Below, piece by piece: positions 7,507 to 17,129 of a DNA stretch of 64,000 bases. Position numbers and translations under genes: made by a program. The notes beneath the pieces were generated by a model that saw nothing but the letters and a program-made list of their open reading frames with translations, searched no databases and was not told the origin of the DNA. Numbering within the stretch: position 1 is the first letter of the stretch; the number at the start of each line of letters is the position of its first letter. The DNA comes from a virus. The DNA is taken from the IMG/VR virus record IMGVR_UViG_3300046002_004363, positions 1-64,000 of that record; one strand, given 5' to 3'.

Positions 7507-7607
7507 CCACTACTTGCAGAGAAAATTTATGCTAAATTAGCAATCCGACAAATCTCAATATAGTGTAGTGGCTGTATTGGGATTTTGTCTTTTTAAAAAC
7601 CACTACA
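7507..7607 (+). promoter_or_regulatory. structured leader of the replication initiator gene
   Basis: 17-bp stem 7547-7589 with loop TGTAGTGG complementary to CCACTAC at 7507 and 7600. Confidence 0.65.
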
Positions 7608-7608
7608 A

Positions 7609-8565
7609 ATGAAAGAACAACCAAACTACTACGCTATTCTTACAGCAGATGTAAGGTATAGTAAACAAATCAATGCAAACGAAAAACTTTTGTATGCAGA
7701 AATAACAGCTCTAACACACAAGGAAGGTTATTGTTGGGCATCTAATGACTACTTCGCTGAACTTTATTCTTGTACACCTCAAGCTATATCTAAATGGATT
7801 AAAAACCTAAAAGATAATGGGTTTATATCTTGCAATTACATATATAAAGAAGGTTCAAAAGAGATACAAAAAAGAGTGATAAGACTATCTTCAATAGGTA
7901 TAAATAATGGTTTAACAGGTATCAATAACGATACAATAGGTATCAACATAGAATTAAAGGGGTATCAACATACGATTAAAGATAATAATACAAGTTATAA
8001 TAATATAAATAATAATTCTCTTGTAGGGTCTTCTCAGACACCTACGAAAAAAGATTCTAAGAAAGATTTATTTAAAACCAAATTATCAGAAGTTGATGTT
8101 ACTACACTCGATAAGCAAGAACAAGTATATTTTAAAATAGCTATTGGTTTTAGAGATTTATTTATAAAGAACAAAAAGGCTTTAGGTGTTAATGATTTTA
8201 GAGACCAAGAAAACGCTACTTACAAAAACTATGTCGATCCAATAAGATTATCTTTTACGCAAGATAAAAAAACAGAGGAAGATTTTAGAAAGGTATATGC
8301 TTTTTTAATGAATGATGAATTCTGGATGAAGAATATAATGTCTACATCTAAGTTAAGAGAAAAAATGTCTGATTTACTTATAAGATCATCTTCTGTTCCG
8401 ACTAAAAAACAAGTACTACCATCAGACTTTTGGGTAAGGGAATTAAGTGATGAGCAAAAGAAACTACTAAGCGATAAAGATTTAGCTACTTGGGAAAGAC
8501 AGAAGACAGCAAGACTTATGGAGGGCGGTAGAATGTTACCTATAAAAATAGAATATGAAAAATAA
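7609..8565 (+). CDS. replication initiator with N-terminal winged HTH
   Basis: YAILTADVRY..EKLLYAEI..GYCWASN.YFAELY; upstream of primase-helicase; internal iterons. Confidence 0.8.
   Translation: MKEQPNYYAILTADVRYSKQINANEKLLYAEITALTHKEGYCWASNDYFAELYSCTPQAISKWIKNLKDNGFISCNYIYKEGSKEIQKRVIRLSSIGINNGLTGINNDTIGINIELKGYQHTIKDNNTSYNNINNNSLVGSSQTPTKKDSKKDLFKTKLSEVDVTTLDKQEQVYFKIAIGFRDLFIKNKKALGVNDFRDQENATYKNYVDPIRLSFTQDKKTEEDFRKVYAFLMNDEFWMKNIMSTSKLREKMSDLLIRSSSVPTKKQVLPSDFWVRELSDEQKKLLSDKDLATWERQKTARLMEGGRMLPIKIEYEK
7896..8020 (+). repeat. probable replication origin: four iterons plus AT-rich tract
   Basis: GGTAT(C/A)AA(C/T)A at 7897, 7918, 7939, 7961 (spacing 21/21/22), then an A/T tract. Confidence 0.65.
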
Positions 8566-10402
8566 AGATATGAAAGTAGCAGTATTTAATAACATTAACG
8601 ATACATCTGAACCAAGATATGTTGAGGTTAGTAAGATATTAAAGGCAATAAAAGATGGGGCTTTTAAAGATAAGGTAGAGGCTATTAGAAATGAGAACGA
8701 TAAGGGTAATCAAAGTAGATTAAAGTCGTCTTTGACATCAATACTATTCTCTTCATCTAAACAAGATGGTGTTGAATCAGGTAGAAACAATAAGGTTTCT
8801 TGGAGAACAGATAAGGGATTGGTAGAGCATAGTGGTCTTATGTGTCTTGATTTAGATAAGTTCAGTAATGAGTTCGAGATGATTTCTATTAAGGATGATT
8901 TAATGAATGATGACTATGTATTCTCTGTATTTGTATCTCCATCTGGTGAAGGTTTAAAGGTATTGGTTAAAGTTCCAACTAAAATTGAAAACCACAGGAA
9001 ATACTTTTATGGTCTTAAGGAACACTTTAATTCACCTAACTTTGATGATTCTTGTGTTAATGAGGCAAGGGTTTGTTATGTTTCTTACGATGAAGGCATT
9101 TATATAAATGAGGATTCTTTAGTATTCGATAAGATGCTTGAGCAAAAAACTCAAATCGTAGAGGTTAAGGAAGTAAAGGTTCAGGTTAAAGCTGATAATA
9201 ATAGAATTATAGATGGTCTTTATAAGTGGTGGTCAGATAGATATGGTCTTATAGACGGAGAGAGAAATAGGAATACCTACATCCTTGCTATGGCTTTCAA
9301 TGAATTTGGAATACCTGAGTTGCAAGCTAAGTCTTTTATGTCTCAGTTCGAACACACTGGTTTTGAAATTCAAGAGATTAATTCTTGTATCGAGAGTGCT
9401 TATAATAAGACACACGTATTTGGAACTAAGTCATTTACAGATGAAGATACCATAATAAAAGAATATCTGCCTAATGATGTATCTCCAAAACAAAGTATAT
9501 CCGTAAACCTTGAGAATATATACAAGGCTTCATTTGTTGATGTAACAAAGAAGATTGAGTATCCACCAGTAGCAGTATCAATTGGAACGCATAGAATGGG
9601 TAGTAAAGATTTTCCTATACCATTTGGTACTTATGGAAACTTTAGTTGTATTGTTGGAGCATCTAAGTCTAAGAAGACATTCTTAAAATCTTTGATTACA
9701 GCTTCTTTTATTGGAGGTCAAACATCTAACTATACATCGTCTATAAAAAGCCACAGAGATAGGGAATGCTTTATTATTGATTTGGATACTGAGCAATCAA
9801 GTTGGCATGCCCAGAATGTATTTAAGAGGGTCACAAGATTAGTTGGCGTTGAAAATTACGAGTTTTATAAGCCTTTTGCATTAAGACCATACGAGCCTAA
9901 AGAAAGACTTCAATTTATAGAGTGGTTGATTTACGAAAGCGAGATGAAGGATAATATTGGTTTTATAGCGATTGATGGTCTTGCTGATTTAGTTAACGAC
10001 TTTAATGATCTAAAAGAAAGTCAGGCTGTAATACAAAAAGTAATGAAGTGGACCGATGATAAGCAATTTCACTTAACAACTATCTTGCACTCTAACTTTG
10101 GAACTACTAAGGCTGTAGGGCATATAGGGTCTTCTATGTTAAAGAAGGCAGAGACTGTATGTCAGGTAACTCCAGAAGGTGATTGTGTTAAAGCTCACTT
10201 TAGCCACACAAGGGGATTTCCAATAGCAGATTTTTGTTATTCAGTTAATGAAGATGGTCTTCCTTACTTGTTGAACGAGAATGCAGAGCCTATAATTAGA
10301 AAGGTTGTAAAGGAGATTGATGAGTGTGATACTCCATTGCCAACACCTACACCAGACCAAGCGTTTGGACCAATAGATATTAATAACGCAATACCATTTT
10401 AA
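8555..10402 (+). CDS. primase-helicase (BT4734/VirE_N-like, PriCT-like, AAA ATPase)
   Basis: HSGLMCLDLD, FVSPSGEGLK, GERN, Walker A GASKSKKT, DTEQ, IDGLAD, GHIGS. Confidence 0.85.
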   Translation: MKNKDMKVAVFNNINDTSEPRYVEVSKILKAIKDGAFKDKVEAIRNENDKGNQSRLKSSLTSILFSSSKQDGVESGRNNKVSWRTDKGLVEHSGLMCLDLDKFSNEFEMISIKDDLMNDDYVFSVFVSPSGEGLKVLVKVPTKIENHRKYFYGLKEHFNSPNFDDSCVNEARVCYVSYDEGIYINEDSLVFDKMLEQKTQIVEVKEVKVQVKADNNRIIDGLYKWWSDRYGLIDGERNRNTYILAMAFNEFGIPELQAKSFMSQFEHTGFEIQEINSCIESAYNKTHVFGTKSFTDEDTIIKEYLPNDVSPKQSISVNLENIYKASFVDVTKKIEYPPVAVSIGTHRMGSKDFPIPFGTYGNFSCIVGASKSKKTFLKSLITASFIGGQTSNYTSSIKSHRDRECFIIDLDTEQSSWHAQNVFKRVTRLVGVENYEFYKPFALRPYEPKERLQFIEWLIYESEMKDNIGFIAIDGLADLVNDFNDLKESQAVIQKVMKWTDDKQFHLTTILHSNFGTTKAVGHIGSSMLKKAETVCQVTPEGDCVKAHFSHTRGFPIADFCYSVNEDGLPYLLNENAEPIIRKVVKEIDECDTPLPTPTPDQAFGPIDINNAIPF

Positions 10403-10405
10403 TAT

Positions 10406-10651
10406 ATGAAATTAGTAGATAAAATACAAGAGGCACGCAGTAATAAACTTAGCGATTACTCTATAATTTATACACCTACCGCTGAAGTTATTGAGGGGAT
10501 AGCAGATGAGTTTGCTATTGAGTTTGCGGAGTGGTTATATAAATGGGATAATACTAGGCTGCCTAATGGAAATTGGATTATTAAATTAGGACTTAAACCT
10601 TATACATCAGCAGAAGTATTAGAAATCTATAAAAAAGAAAAAGGACTATGA
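10406..10651 (+). CDS. hypothetical protein (FA..F.EW...LEIYKKE family)
   Basis: motifs shared with 12117-12311. Confidence 0.7.
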   Translation: MKLVDKIQEARSNKLSDYSIIYTPTAEVIEGIADEFAIEFAEWLYKWDNTRLPNGNWIIKLGLKPYTSAEVLEIYKKEKGL

Positions 10652-11025
10652 ATACATACACCGTAAAAGATATAGCTGAGTACTGCAATATAGATAAAAC
10701 AACTATAACGCATAGAATGAAGGTATTAGGCATAGTAAAGGATAATAGAAAGAGTGGTAAGGTGCTTTACTTTGATGAAGAAGAATTTGAGAGTATTATA
10801 AACTTTAAGAAGAGTCATTATAAGAGGTTGTATTCATCACTTATATATTCAAAGAAAAAGATATATATAATAGAGTATTTCTTGTCTAATAAAGATAACT
10901 CAAGTCCAGAGATTGCATCTTACTTCGATGTGCCTGAGAGTTTTGTAAATGCCACGCTTACAGAATATTTAGAAAATAATTCGACAATTTTAGTTAGTAG
11001 TAAAATTAATTTAGTAGATTTGTAA
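10648..11025 (+). CDS. HTH DNA-binding protein
   Basis: TVKDIAEYCNIDKTTI and SPEIASYFDVPESFV. Confidence 0.6.
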   Translation: MNTYTVKDIAEYCNIDKTTITHRMKVLGIVKDNRKSGKVLYFDEEEFESIINFKKSHYKRLYSSLIYSKKKIYIIEYFLSNKDNSSPEIASYFDVPESFVNATLTEYLENNSTILVSSKINLVDL

Positions 11026-11121
11026 AAAAAATAAAATATGCTTCTAATTATATCGTTACAATTAACACTTATAGGATACATTTTACATTCAATTTTAAAA
11101 GAAATAAAAAGAAAATAAGAT

Positions 11122-12311
11122 ATGGAATTACAACTTAAGTCATACGGAAAAACAATAACCTTTAAAACTGAACACGATGATGTTTCTTTAGAGGAATACT
11201 TTGAGGCTTTTGAAGGATTACTTGTTCAAGCTACATTTCATCAAAAAAGTATTAGGGAGTTTATTATAGAGTGGGGAAAAGAATTAGAGGATTTTAAAGA
11301 TAAGTAAGGTATGGAAATAAAATGTTATTGCGGTCATACAGATAGATGTGATTGCGATCCTGAGATAGAGGTTATAAAGAGTCAAGAGCTTTTATTTAAT
11401 GAGAATACAATAAAGATTAAATTCGAGGATTGGCATCATCAATGCGGTGATGGTTGTTGTGATAGCTACGGAACATACTTGTACTTGAATGGTAAGAAAT
11501 TAGAACACCCTAATCCTGAGATACACGATAATGGTTACTTAGGAGAAGATGTTCAGACTGCTTTAGAGGCTGTATTAAGGGAGTTAGGATATAAAGTTGA
11601 GTTTGATTATGGAGCATAATTATAGATTGGTTAGAGAAAGAGATGGTTTAACTAATAAATCTTTTGCAATTAAGTGGTTAGAATTTGATGAGAATGGAAG
11701 ATATAAAGCAGACTTTCAATCAGCAGCCGTAGGTAGAAGTTTAATTATGTCTCCGTTTAATATTTATTTTACCTGGCAAACAACACCAGTAACTGAAATA
11801 CTTGAAGATAAAGATGATTACATTAGATTTGCAACAGAGAATAGTATTTACGAATTATTTAGAGAATAAGATATGGGTAGAAATAGATACATAGACAATG
11901 TTTTAATTAGCCTAAAGAGGGAATATCAAAAAGATGAACTTGTGTCATATTTAATAAAGACCATTTCAAATTTAGAAATTGAAAACGGAAAATTAAAATC
12001 TTATATTGCTGAGTTAGAATTTAAAGAAGAATCAGTAAATAAATATAAGAAGGAAGTTGTAAGGCTTCATAAAGCCATAAGCACTATGCATTTACAAAAA
12101 AATTAAAGAATAAATTATGACAACACTACAATACGAAGATAGTAATTATAGACAAAAGCAATTACAAAAAGAAAAAGAAGATTTTGCTGTTAAATTTTCT
12201 GAATGGGTAGAAAGTTTAAGAAGTAGTGAAATTGACACTATTGACTACGATTTATACTTGAGATATAATACAGAAGAACTATTAGAAATTTATAAAAAAG
12301 AAATAAAATGA
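11122..12311 (+). CDS. five small hypothetical ORFs (11122-11307, 11311-11619 Cys-rich, 11597-11869, 11873-12106, 12117-12311)
   Basis: tightly packed co-oriented ORFs. Confidence 0.6.
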
Positions 12312-12991
12312 GCTTAAGAATACTTCACATCTCAGATACCCATACATATCACGATTTATTAAATATACCAAGCGGTATTAATATGATTATACATTCAGGT
12401 GATTGTAGTAATCCAAGAGATCCTTATAACAACGAACCAGAAGTTAGAGACTTCATTGATTGGTATAAAGAATTACCTATAAAATACAAGATTTATGTTG
12501 CAGGCAATCACGATACCTCAATTGAGAAAAAACTTGTAACAAAGAAAGATTTCGAAGATGCTGGTATTATTTATCTTGAAAATGAATCTGTAACAATTGA
12601 TGGGATTAAGATATTTGGATCACCACACACACCTAACTTTGGTAATTGGGCTTTTATGAAGGAAAGAACAAAGCTTGAGAGATTCTGGAGATTGGCAATT
12701 GATGAAGATGTAGATATTGTTGTAACTCACGGACCACCAAAAGGAATCTTAGATAAGTCTTATGATAAGAATAACTATATGGAATCTTGCGGAGATAAGT
12801 CTTTATTGAATAGGATATTAGAGGTGCAGCCTGCTTATTGTCTTTTTGGACATATCCATAACTGCAAGGATATTATCAATGCTGGTGTGCAAAAGTTAAG
12901 TATTTGCGATACTTGGTTTAGCAATGGCTCAGTTGTAACAGATGGTAGATTTGGTAAATTAAGTAGTAATGGAAATATAATAGAGATATGA
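12308..12991 (+). CDS. calcineurin-like metallophosphoesterase
   Basis: HISDTH, HSGD, AGNHD, THGPP, FGHIH. Confidence 0.9.
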   Translation: MSLRILHISDTHTYHDLLNIPSGINMIIHSGDCSNPRDPYNNEPEVRDFIDWYKELPIKYKIYVAGNHDTSIEKKLVTKKDFEDAGIIYLENESVTIDGIKIFGSPHTPNFGNWAFMKERTKLERFWRLAIDEDVDIVVTHGPPKGILDKSYDKNNYMESCGDKSLLNRILEVQPAYCLFGHIHNCKDIINAGVQKLSICDTWFSNGSVVTDGRFGKLSSNGNIIEI

Positions 12992-13242
12992 GTACAAAAT
13001 TTGGAATATTAACACAAAACATTGAACACGAAAAGTTAGTAGATGAAGATAATGATTTATTAGATTATATATCAAGAGATATATTTGAACCTGTATTTTT
13101 TAGGGGAACTTATAGTAAGTGGTTAATAAAGGTTGGAGAATATCTTCCAGACGATATGAGGGTTTATGCTTTAGATAATACCCAACAAGGTATTTATACA
13201 GTAGGTGATTGTAAAGAATTTTTAAAGAAGGAAAAAGAATGA
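12988..13242 (+). CDS. hypothetical protein
   Basis: ORF, ATGA overlap. Confidence 0.65.
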   Translation: MSTKFGILTQNIEHEKLVDEDNDLLDYISRDIFEPVFFRGTYSKWLIKVGEYLPDDMRVYALDNTQQGIYTVGDCKEFLKKEKE

Positions 13243-13714
13243 AAGAATTAGAATCAGTAAGGATGAAGCTTTGGTGTGATGTATATGTAGCTTATGTATC
13301 AGCGCCTAATGCCATTAAAAATGATGGAGCTTTTGTATGGGCTAATATCGCATTAAAAAGATTTGATGAAACATTTAAAGAAGAGTAAAATGAATAAAGA
13401 AAAACAATACCTTGAGTTAATAAAGGTTCAGGAACAAATAATAAAAGATTTAAAGGCAAGTAATTATATGACACTACTCTTAGGAGGTATAGCTGGATTT
13501 ACACTTTCGCACTTAATATTAACCTTAATAAAATAAATTATGTCTTGCACATCGCACCAAATCGAGTTGGAAAGACTTCATAAGGAGTTAGAGGAGGTAA
13601 AAAATGCCATTCAATTCCACTATCTACAGGGTCATAATGACGAAGCTTTAAATAGGAGATACCACGAATTGTTATCAGAGATTAATCAAACTAAATTAAG
13701 TAAATTTTAAAGAC

Positions 13715-14212
13715 ATGAAGGAAACAATAAACTTTTTAAAGGATAATAAAGGAAAGTACCTTAACTTTAAAGACATAAATAAAACCTACTACACTGATTC
13801 ATTTGTAAACGCAACACCAATACCAAACATTAAGGATGCAATTAAATTAGCTGAACACTTTAAGTTAGAGGTTAAGAGTGTTGATGTTGAGGTATTTAAG
13901 ACAGAATACTCTAAGATAGTATCAAAGATATTAGTTGTTGGTGAGTTATTATACAGAGAATTGAATAGGTATAATGATGACATACCAGTTATTCCAGGAT
14001 TAAACAAGCACGTTAGAAATGCTGTTCGTAATGCTTCAGATAAGTTAAAGGCTTTTCATAAACTATCCGATTCTATTGTAGCAACTGGTAAAGATGAGTT
14101 ATTCTTTGAGGCTTCAGGAGACTTTGAGGAGTTAATGAATTGCATAGTTGATGGTCTTGAGAAAGATACTATGAAAGATTTGGTAAAAAAACTTAAGAAA
14201 AATACTAAATAG
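13715..14212 (+). CDS. hypothetical protein
   Basis: ORF. Confidence 0.65.
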   Translation: MKETINFLKDNKGKYLNFKDINKTYYTDSFVNATPIPNIKDAIKLAEHFKLEVKSVDVEVFKTEYSKIVSKILVVGELLYRELNRYNDDIPVIPGLNKHVRNAVRNASDKLKAFHKLSDSIVATGKDELFFEASGDFEELMNCIVDGLEKDTMKDLVKKLKKNTK

Positions 14213-14215
14213 ATT

Positions 14216-14677
14216 ATGAAGAACATTCATATAAACAACGATGATAACTACGCAACTCCTCCAGAATTTTATGAAGAGTTAAATAGTCGTTTCAACTTTG
14301 ATTTCGATCCTTGTCCTTATAACGAAGGAGAAATAGTAAATGATGGACTACAAATTGAATGGGGTTACTCTAACTTTGTAAATCCACCTTACTCTCAAAA
14401 ACTAAAAGAAGCATTTATAAAGAAGGGTATTGAAGAAATGAATAAAGGAAAGGTTTGTGTATTCTTAATACCAGTATCTACATCTACTAAGTTGTTTCAC
14501 GAATCAATAAAACCAAATGCAATTTCAATTGAATTTATAAAAGGGAGAATAAAGTTTGGTAAAATAGATAGTAATGGTAATTTTTATCTTCCACTTAATT
14601 CCAAAGGAAAGACTCAAAGCGGAACAAAAGATAGTATGATTGTCGTTTTTGATGGTAGATTTAAAAAAAACTCATAA
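14216..14677 (+). CDS. phage DNA N6-adenine methyltransferase
   Basis: YATP.EFY.EL...F.FDFDPC, FVNPPYS, FIKGRIKF. Confidence 0.85.
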   Translation: MKNIHINNDDNYATPPEFYEELNSRFNFDFDPCPYNEGEIVNDGLQIEWGYSNFVNPPYSQKLKEAFIKKGIEEMNKGKVCVFLIPVSTSTKLFHESIKPNAISIEFIKGRIKFGKIDSNGNFYLPLNSKGKTQSGTKDSMIVVFDGRFKKNS

Positions 14678-14737
14678 AAAATACTAAATAATCAATTTTT
14701 TTTATATAACTTTGACATCAAATAAGAAATTATTATA

Positions 14738-15181
14738 GTGAAGTATGATAGAAGATTAATAAAATCGAAGAAGATTACCATTGATGGTATTAACTTCTCG
14801 TCTCGTTTAGAAGGTACAATGTACAAACTTCTTAAGGAAAACAATATAAACTTTAAATACGAGTCAGAGAGCTATACACTTTCTGACTCTTTCATTTTCA
14901 ATAATAACTACCACGCAAGGTTATCATCTGGTAAAGGTGATTATATCAATCGTGGTTTTAAGAAGGTAAATGATATGTCTTATAAACCTGACTTTGTGAT
15001 TAGACATAATGACTATTATGCAATCATAGAGACCAAAGGTTTGCCAACAGAACCTTACAATATGCGAATGAAGCTATTTAAGGGTATGTTAAATCGACAG
15101 AATATTAAATGTGACATATATGTTCCGCAAACAAATTTAGAGTGCGTAGAAACGATTAAATTAATCCTTGAAAGAATATAA
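14738..15181 (+). CDS. PD-(D/E)XK endonuclease (DUF1064-like)
   Basis: DGI.F.S.LE, YKPDF, IETKG. Confidence 0.75.
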   Translation: MKYDRRLIKSKKITIDGINFSSRLEGTMYKLLKENNINFKYESESYTLSDSFIFNNNYHARLSSGKGDYINRGFKKVNDMSYKPDFVIRHNDYYAIIETKGLPTEPYNMRMKLFKGMLNRQNIKCDIYVPQTNLECVETIKLILERI

Positions 15182-15416
15182 AGAAATGGAAACTAAACAC
15201 CCAAGACACCAAGTTAATAAGGCACTCCTTGAAAGCGAGAGAATTGTATTAATCAATCGAATGATGAAAAAAATTAATCAAGCAACTGATTTCTTGTACG
15301 AGAGTATGGTAGACCACGAAAGAGCCTATACATTCTCTGCAATAGATAAGATACAATCTTACTGCGAGGAAATCAAGAATGACTTTGATAAATACCTGAA
15401 AAAAGATGGACAATAA
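15168..15416 (+). CDS. hypothetical protein
   Basis: ORF. Confidence 0.6.
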   Translation: MKEYKEMETKHPRHQVNKALLESERIVLINRMMKKINQATDFLYESMVDHERAYTFSAIDKIQSYCEEIKNDFDKYLKKDGQ

Positions 15417-16689
15417 TCTTAAAGAAAAATTATTAAATAGAGTTAGCGAACTTTATTTAGAGAGTCAAAATATAACTCAGTCTTGTATCACTGCTTGTCG
15501 TGAGAGTGATGTTGAGTATAATGATAGTTTACGGAGGTCGTTTTCAAAGAAGTTAAAAGACTTAGGTCTTACAAATGACTCTGAATCAGATAGTAATAAT
15601 TACTCAAACGATAAAGAAAAGAAGCCTAAAGGATTTACAGCAATAGGTCCTGATGGTCAGTTAATGTCTATTGAGAAGTATTGCGAGTTTTATGGTTTAG
15701 ATTGTAGTAAGATTAGGAGTTATAAATTAATATCTCACTCAGGAATACCATTTTATAATGTTGTATTTTATTCTTCGGAAGATGATGTTATGTTTAACCT
15801 TGAAGATAGCTTTGAAGAAATAGTAAAGAAACATATAAAACCAGTTGTCTTTGAAGATCTAAAGACATTAGATAATAATGATTGGTTTGATAGACTTGTT
15901 TATACTGACACCCATATAGCTATGAATGTAAATGGTAAAGATGGAGATTCTTTATATGAAGGTAAGTGGGATAAAGAAGAGGTGTTGAATAGGTTGCATA
16001 AGATGATTAGTCACGTCAAGAAATTCTCTACTTGTAATACATTGATTATAGATGATTTAGGTGATTTTATGGATGGTCTTGGAGGTAATACAACAAGAAA
16101 AGGTCACGAACTTCCTCAGAATATGAATGACAAAGAGGCTTTTGATTTAGCCTTAGAGTTTAAGATTTACTTAGTAGATGCCTTGATTGATAATTATGAT
16201 ACAATAGTTTGTAATAACATAACCAATGACAATCACTCAGGAGTATTTTCTTACTTTGTTTCTCAAGCCGTAAAGAATATTTTAGAAGCTAAATACCCTA
16301 ATAAAGTTTATGTTAACTCTATAAAGAGATTTATACACCATTACTCTGTAGGTAATCATACATTTGTGATATCTCACGGAAAAGATATTGGTGAGCAGAA
16401 GTTTGGATTTAAACCAAAGTTAGATGCTATTCAGGCTGAAAAGATAGATCAATATTGTAAGGAACATAGATTGTATAATGGTAATTACATAGAATTTAGT
16501 AAAGGAGATTCTCATCAAGCTATATATGACGACACTACAAGTAATGATTTCAGTTACTATAACTACCCAGCATTCTCTCCTCCAAGTAATTGGGTTAAGA
16601 CAAATTTTAAGAATAGCAAGTCTGGATTTAACTTTTTTAACATAGATAAAGAAAATAATACAAAAATATCAATACCTTACTGGTTTTAA
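15406..16689 (+). CDS. protein with C-terminal metallophosphoesterase domain
   Basis: TDTH, LGDFMDG, NDNH, SHG, GDSH. Confidence 0.75.
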   Translation: MDNNLKEKLLNRVSELYLESQNITQSCITACRESDVEYNDSLRRSFSKKLKDLGLTNDSESDSNNYSNDKEKKPKGFTAIGPDGQLMSIEKYCEFYGLDCSKIRSYKLISHSGIPFYNVVFYSSEDDVMFNLEDSFEEIVKKHIKPVVFEDLKTLDNNDWFDRLVYTDTHIAMNVNGKDGDSLYEGKWDKEEVLNRLHKMISHVKKFSTCNTLIIDDLGDFMDGLGGNTTRKGHELPQNMNDKEAFDLALEFKIYLVDALIDNYDTIVCNNITNDNHSGVFSYFVSQAVKNILEAKYPNKVYVNSIKRFIHHYSVGNHTFVISHGKDIGEQKFGFKPKLDAIQAEKIDQYCKEHRLYNGNYIEFSKGDSHQAIYDDTTSNDFSYYNYPAFSPPSNWVKTNFKNSKSGFNFFNIDKENNTKISIPYWF

Positions 16690-16706
16690 AATAAAGTAAC
16701 AACCTT

Positions 16707-17090
16707 ATGGAAATAAATAAAGCAATAGAAATGGTATCACACTTTATGATAGCTTGTGACCAAGAAGTAAAAGGAAGACCATCTAATGTAGAAGATAAAG
16801 TAGCTTCACTTAGATATAACCTTATGTCTGAAGAGAATAGAGAGTATTTTGTGGCTTGCTTACAGAATAATAAAGTAGAAATACTTGATGCCTTAATTGA
16901 TATGGCGTATGTATTATTTGGTACAGTCGCTGCACACGGAATGACTGAAGAGTTTATCAAGGGATTTACTTTGGTCCACGAGAACAATATGACTAAGGTT
17001 CAAGATGACGGAAAGGTGTTGAAGAATCCTGATGGTAAGATTTTAAAGCCTATGGGATATACATCTGTAAATCTAAGTGCGTTACTATAA
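16707..17090 (+). CDS. MazG-like NTP pyrophosphohydrolase
   Basis: EE..EY, EILDALID..YV, VHENNMTK, DGKILKP. Confidence 0.85.
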   Translation: MEINKAIEMVSHFMIACDQEVKGRPSNVEDKVASLRYNLMSEENREYFVACLQNNKVEILDALIDMAYVLFGTVAAHGMTEEFIKGFTLVHENNMTKVQDDGKVLKNPDGKILKPMGYTSVNLSALL

Positions 17091-17093
17091 AAT

Positions 17094-17129
17094 AAAAAAG
17101 GAGGGGAATTTAACCCCTCCAATTTTTTT
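17094..17129. terminator. bidirectional terminator between the convergent arms
   Basis: A run, GGAGGGG/CCCCTCC, T run. Confidence 0.85.
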
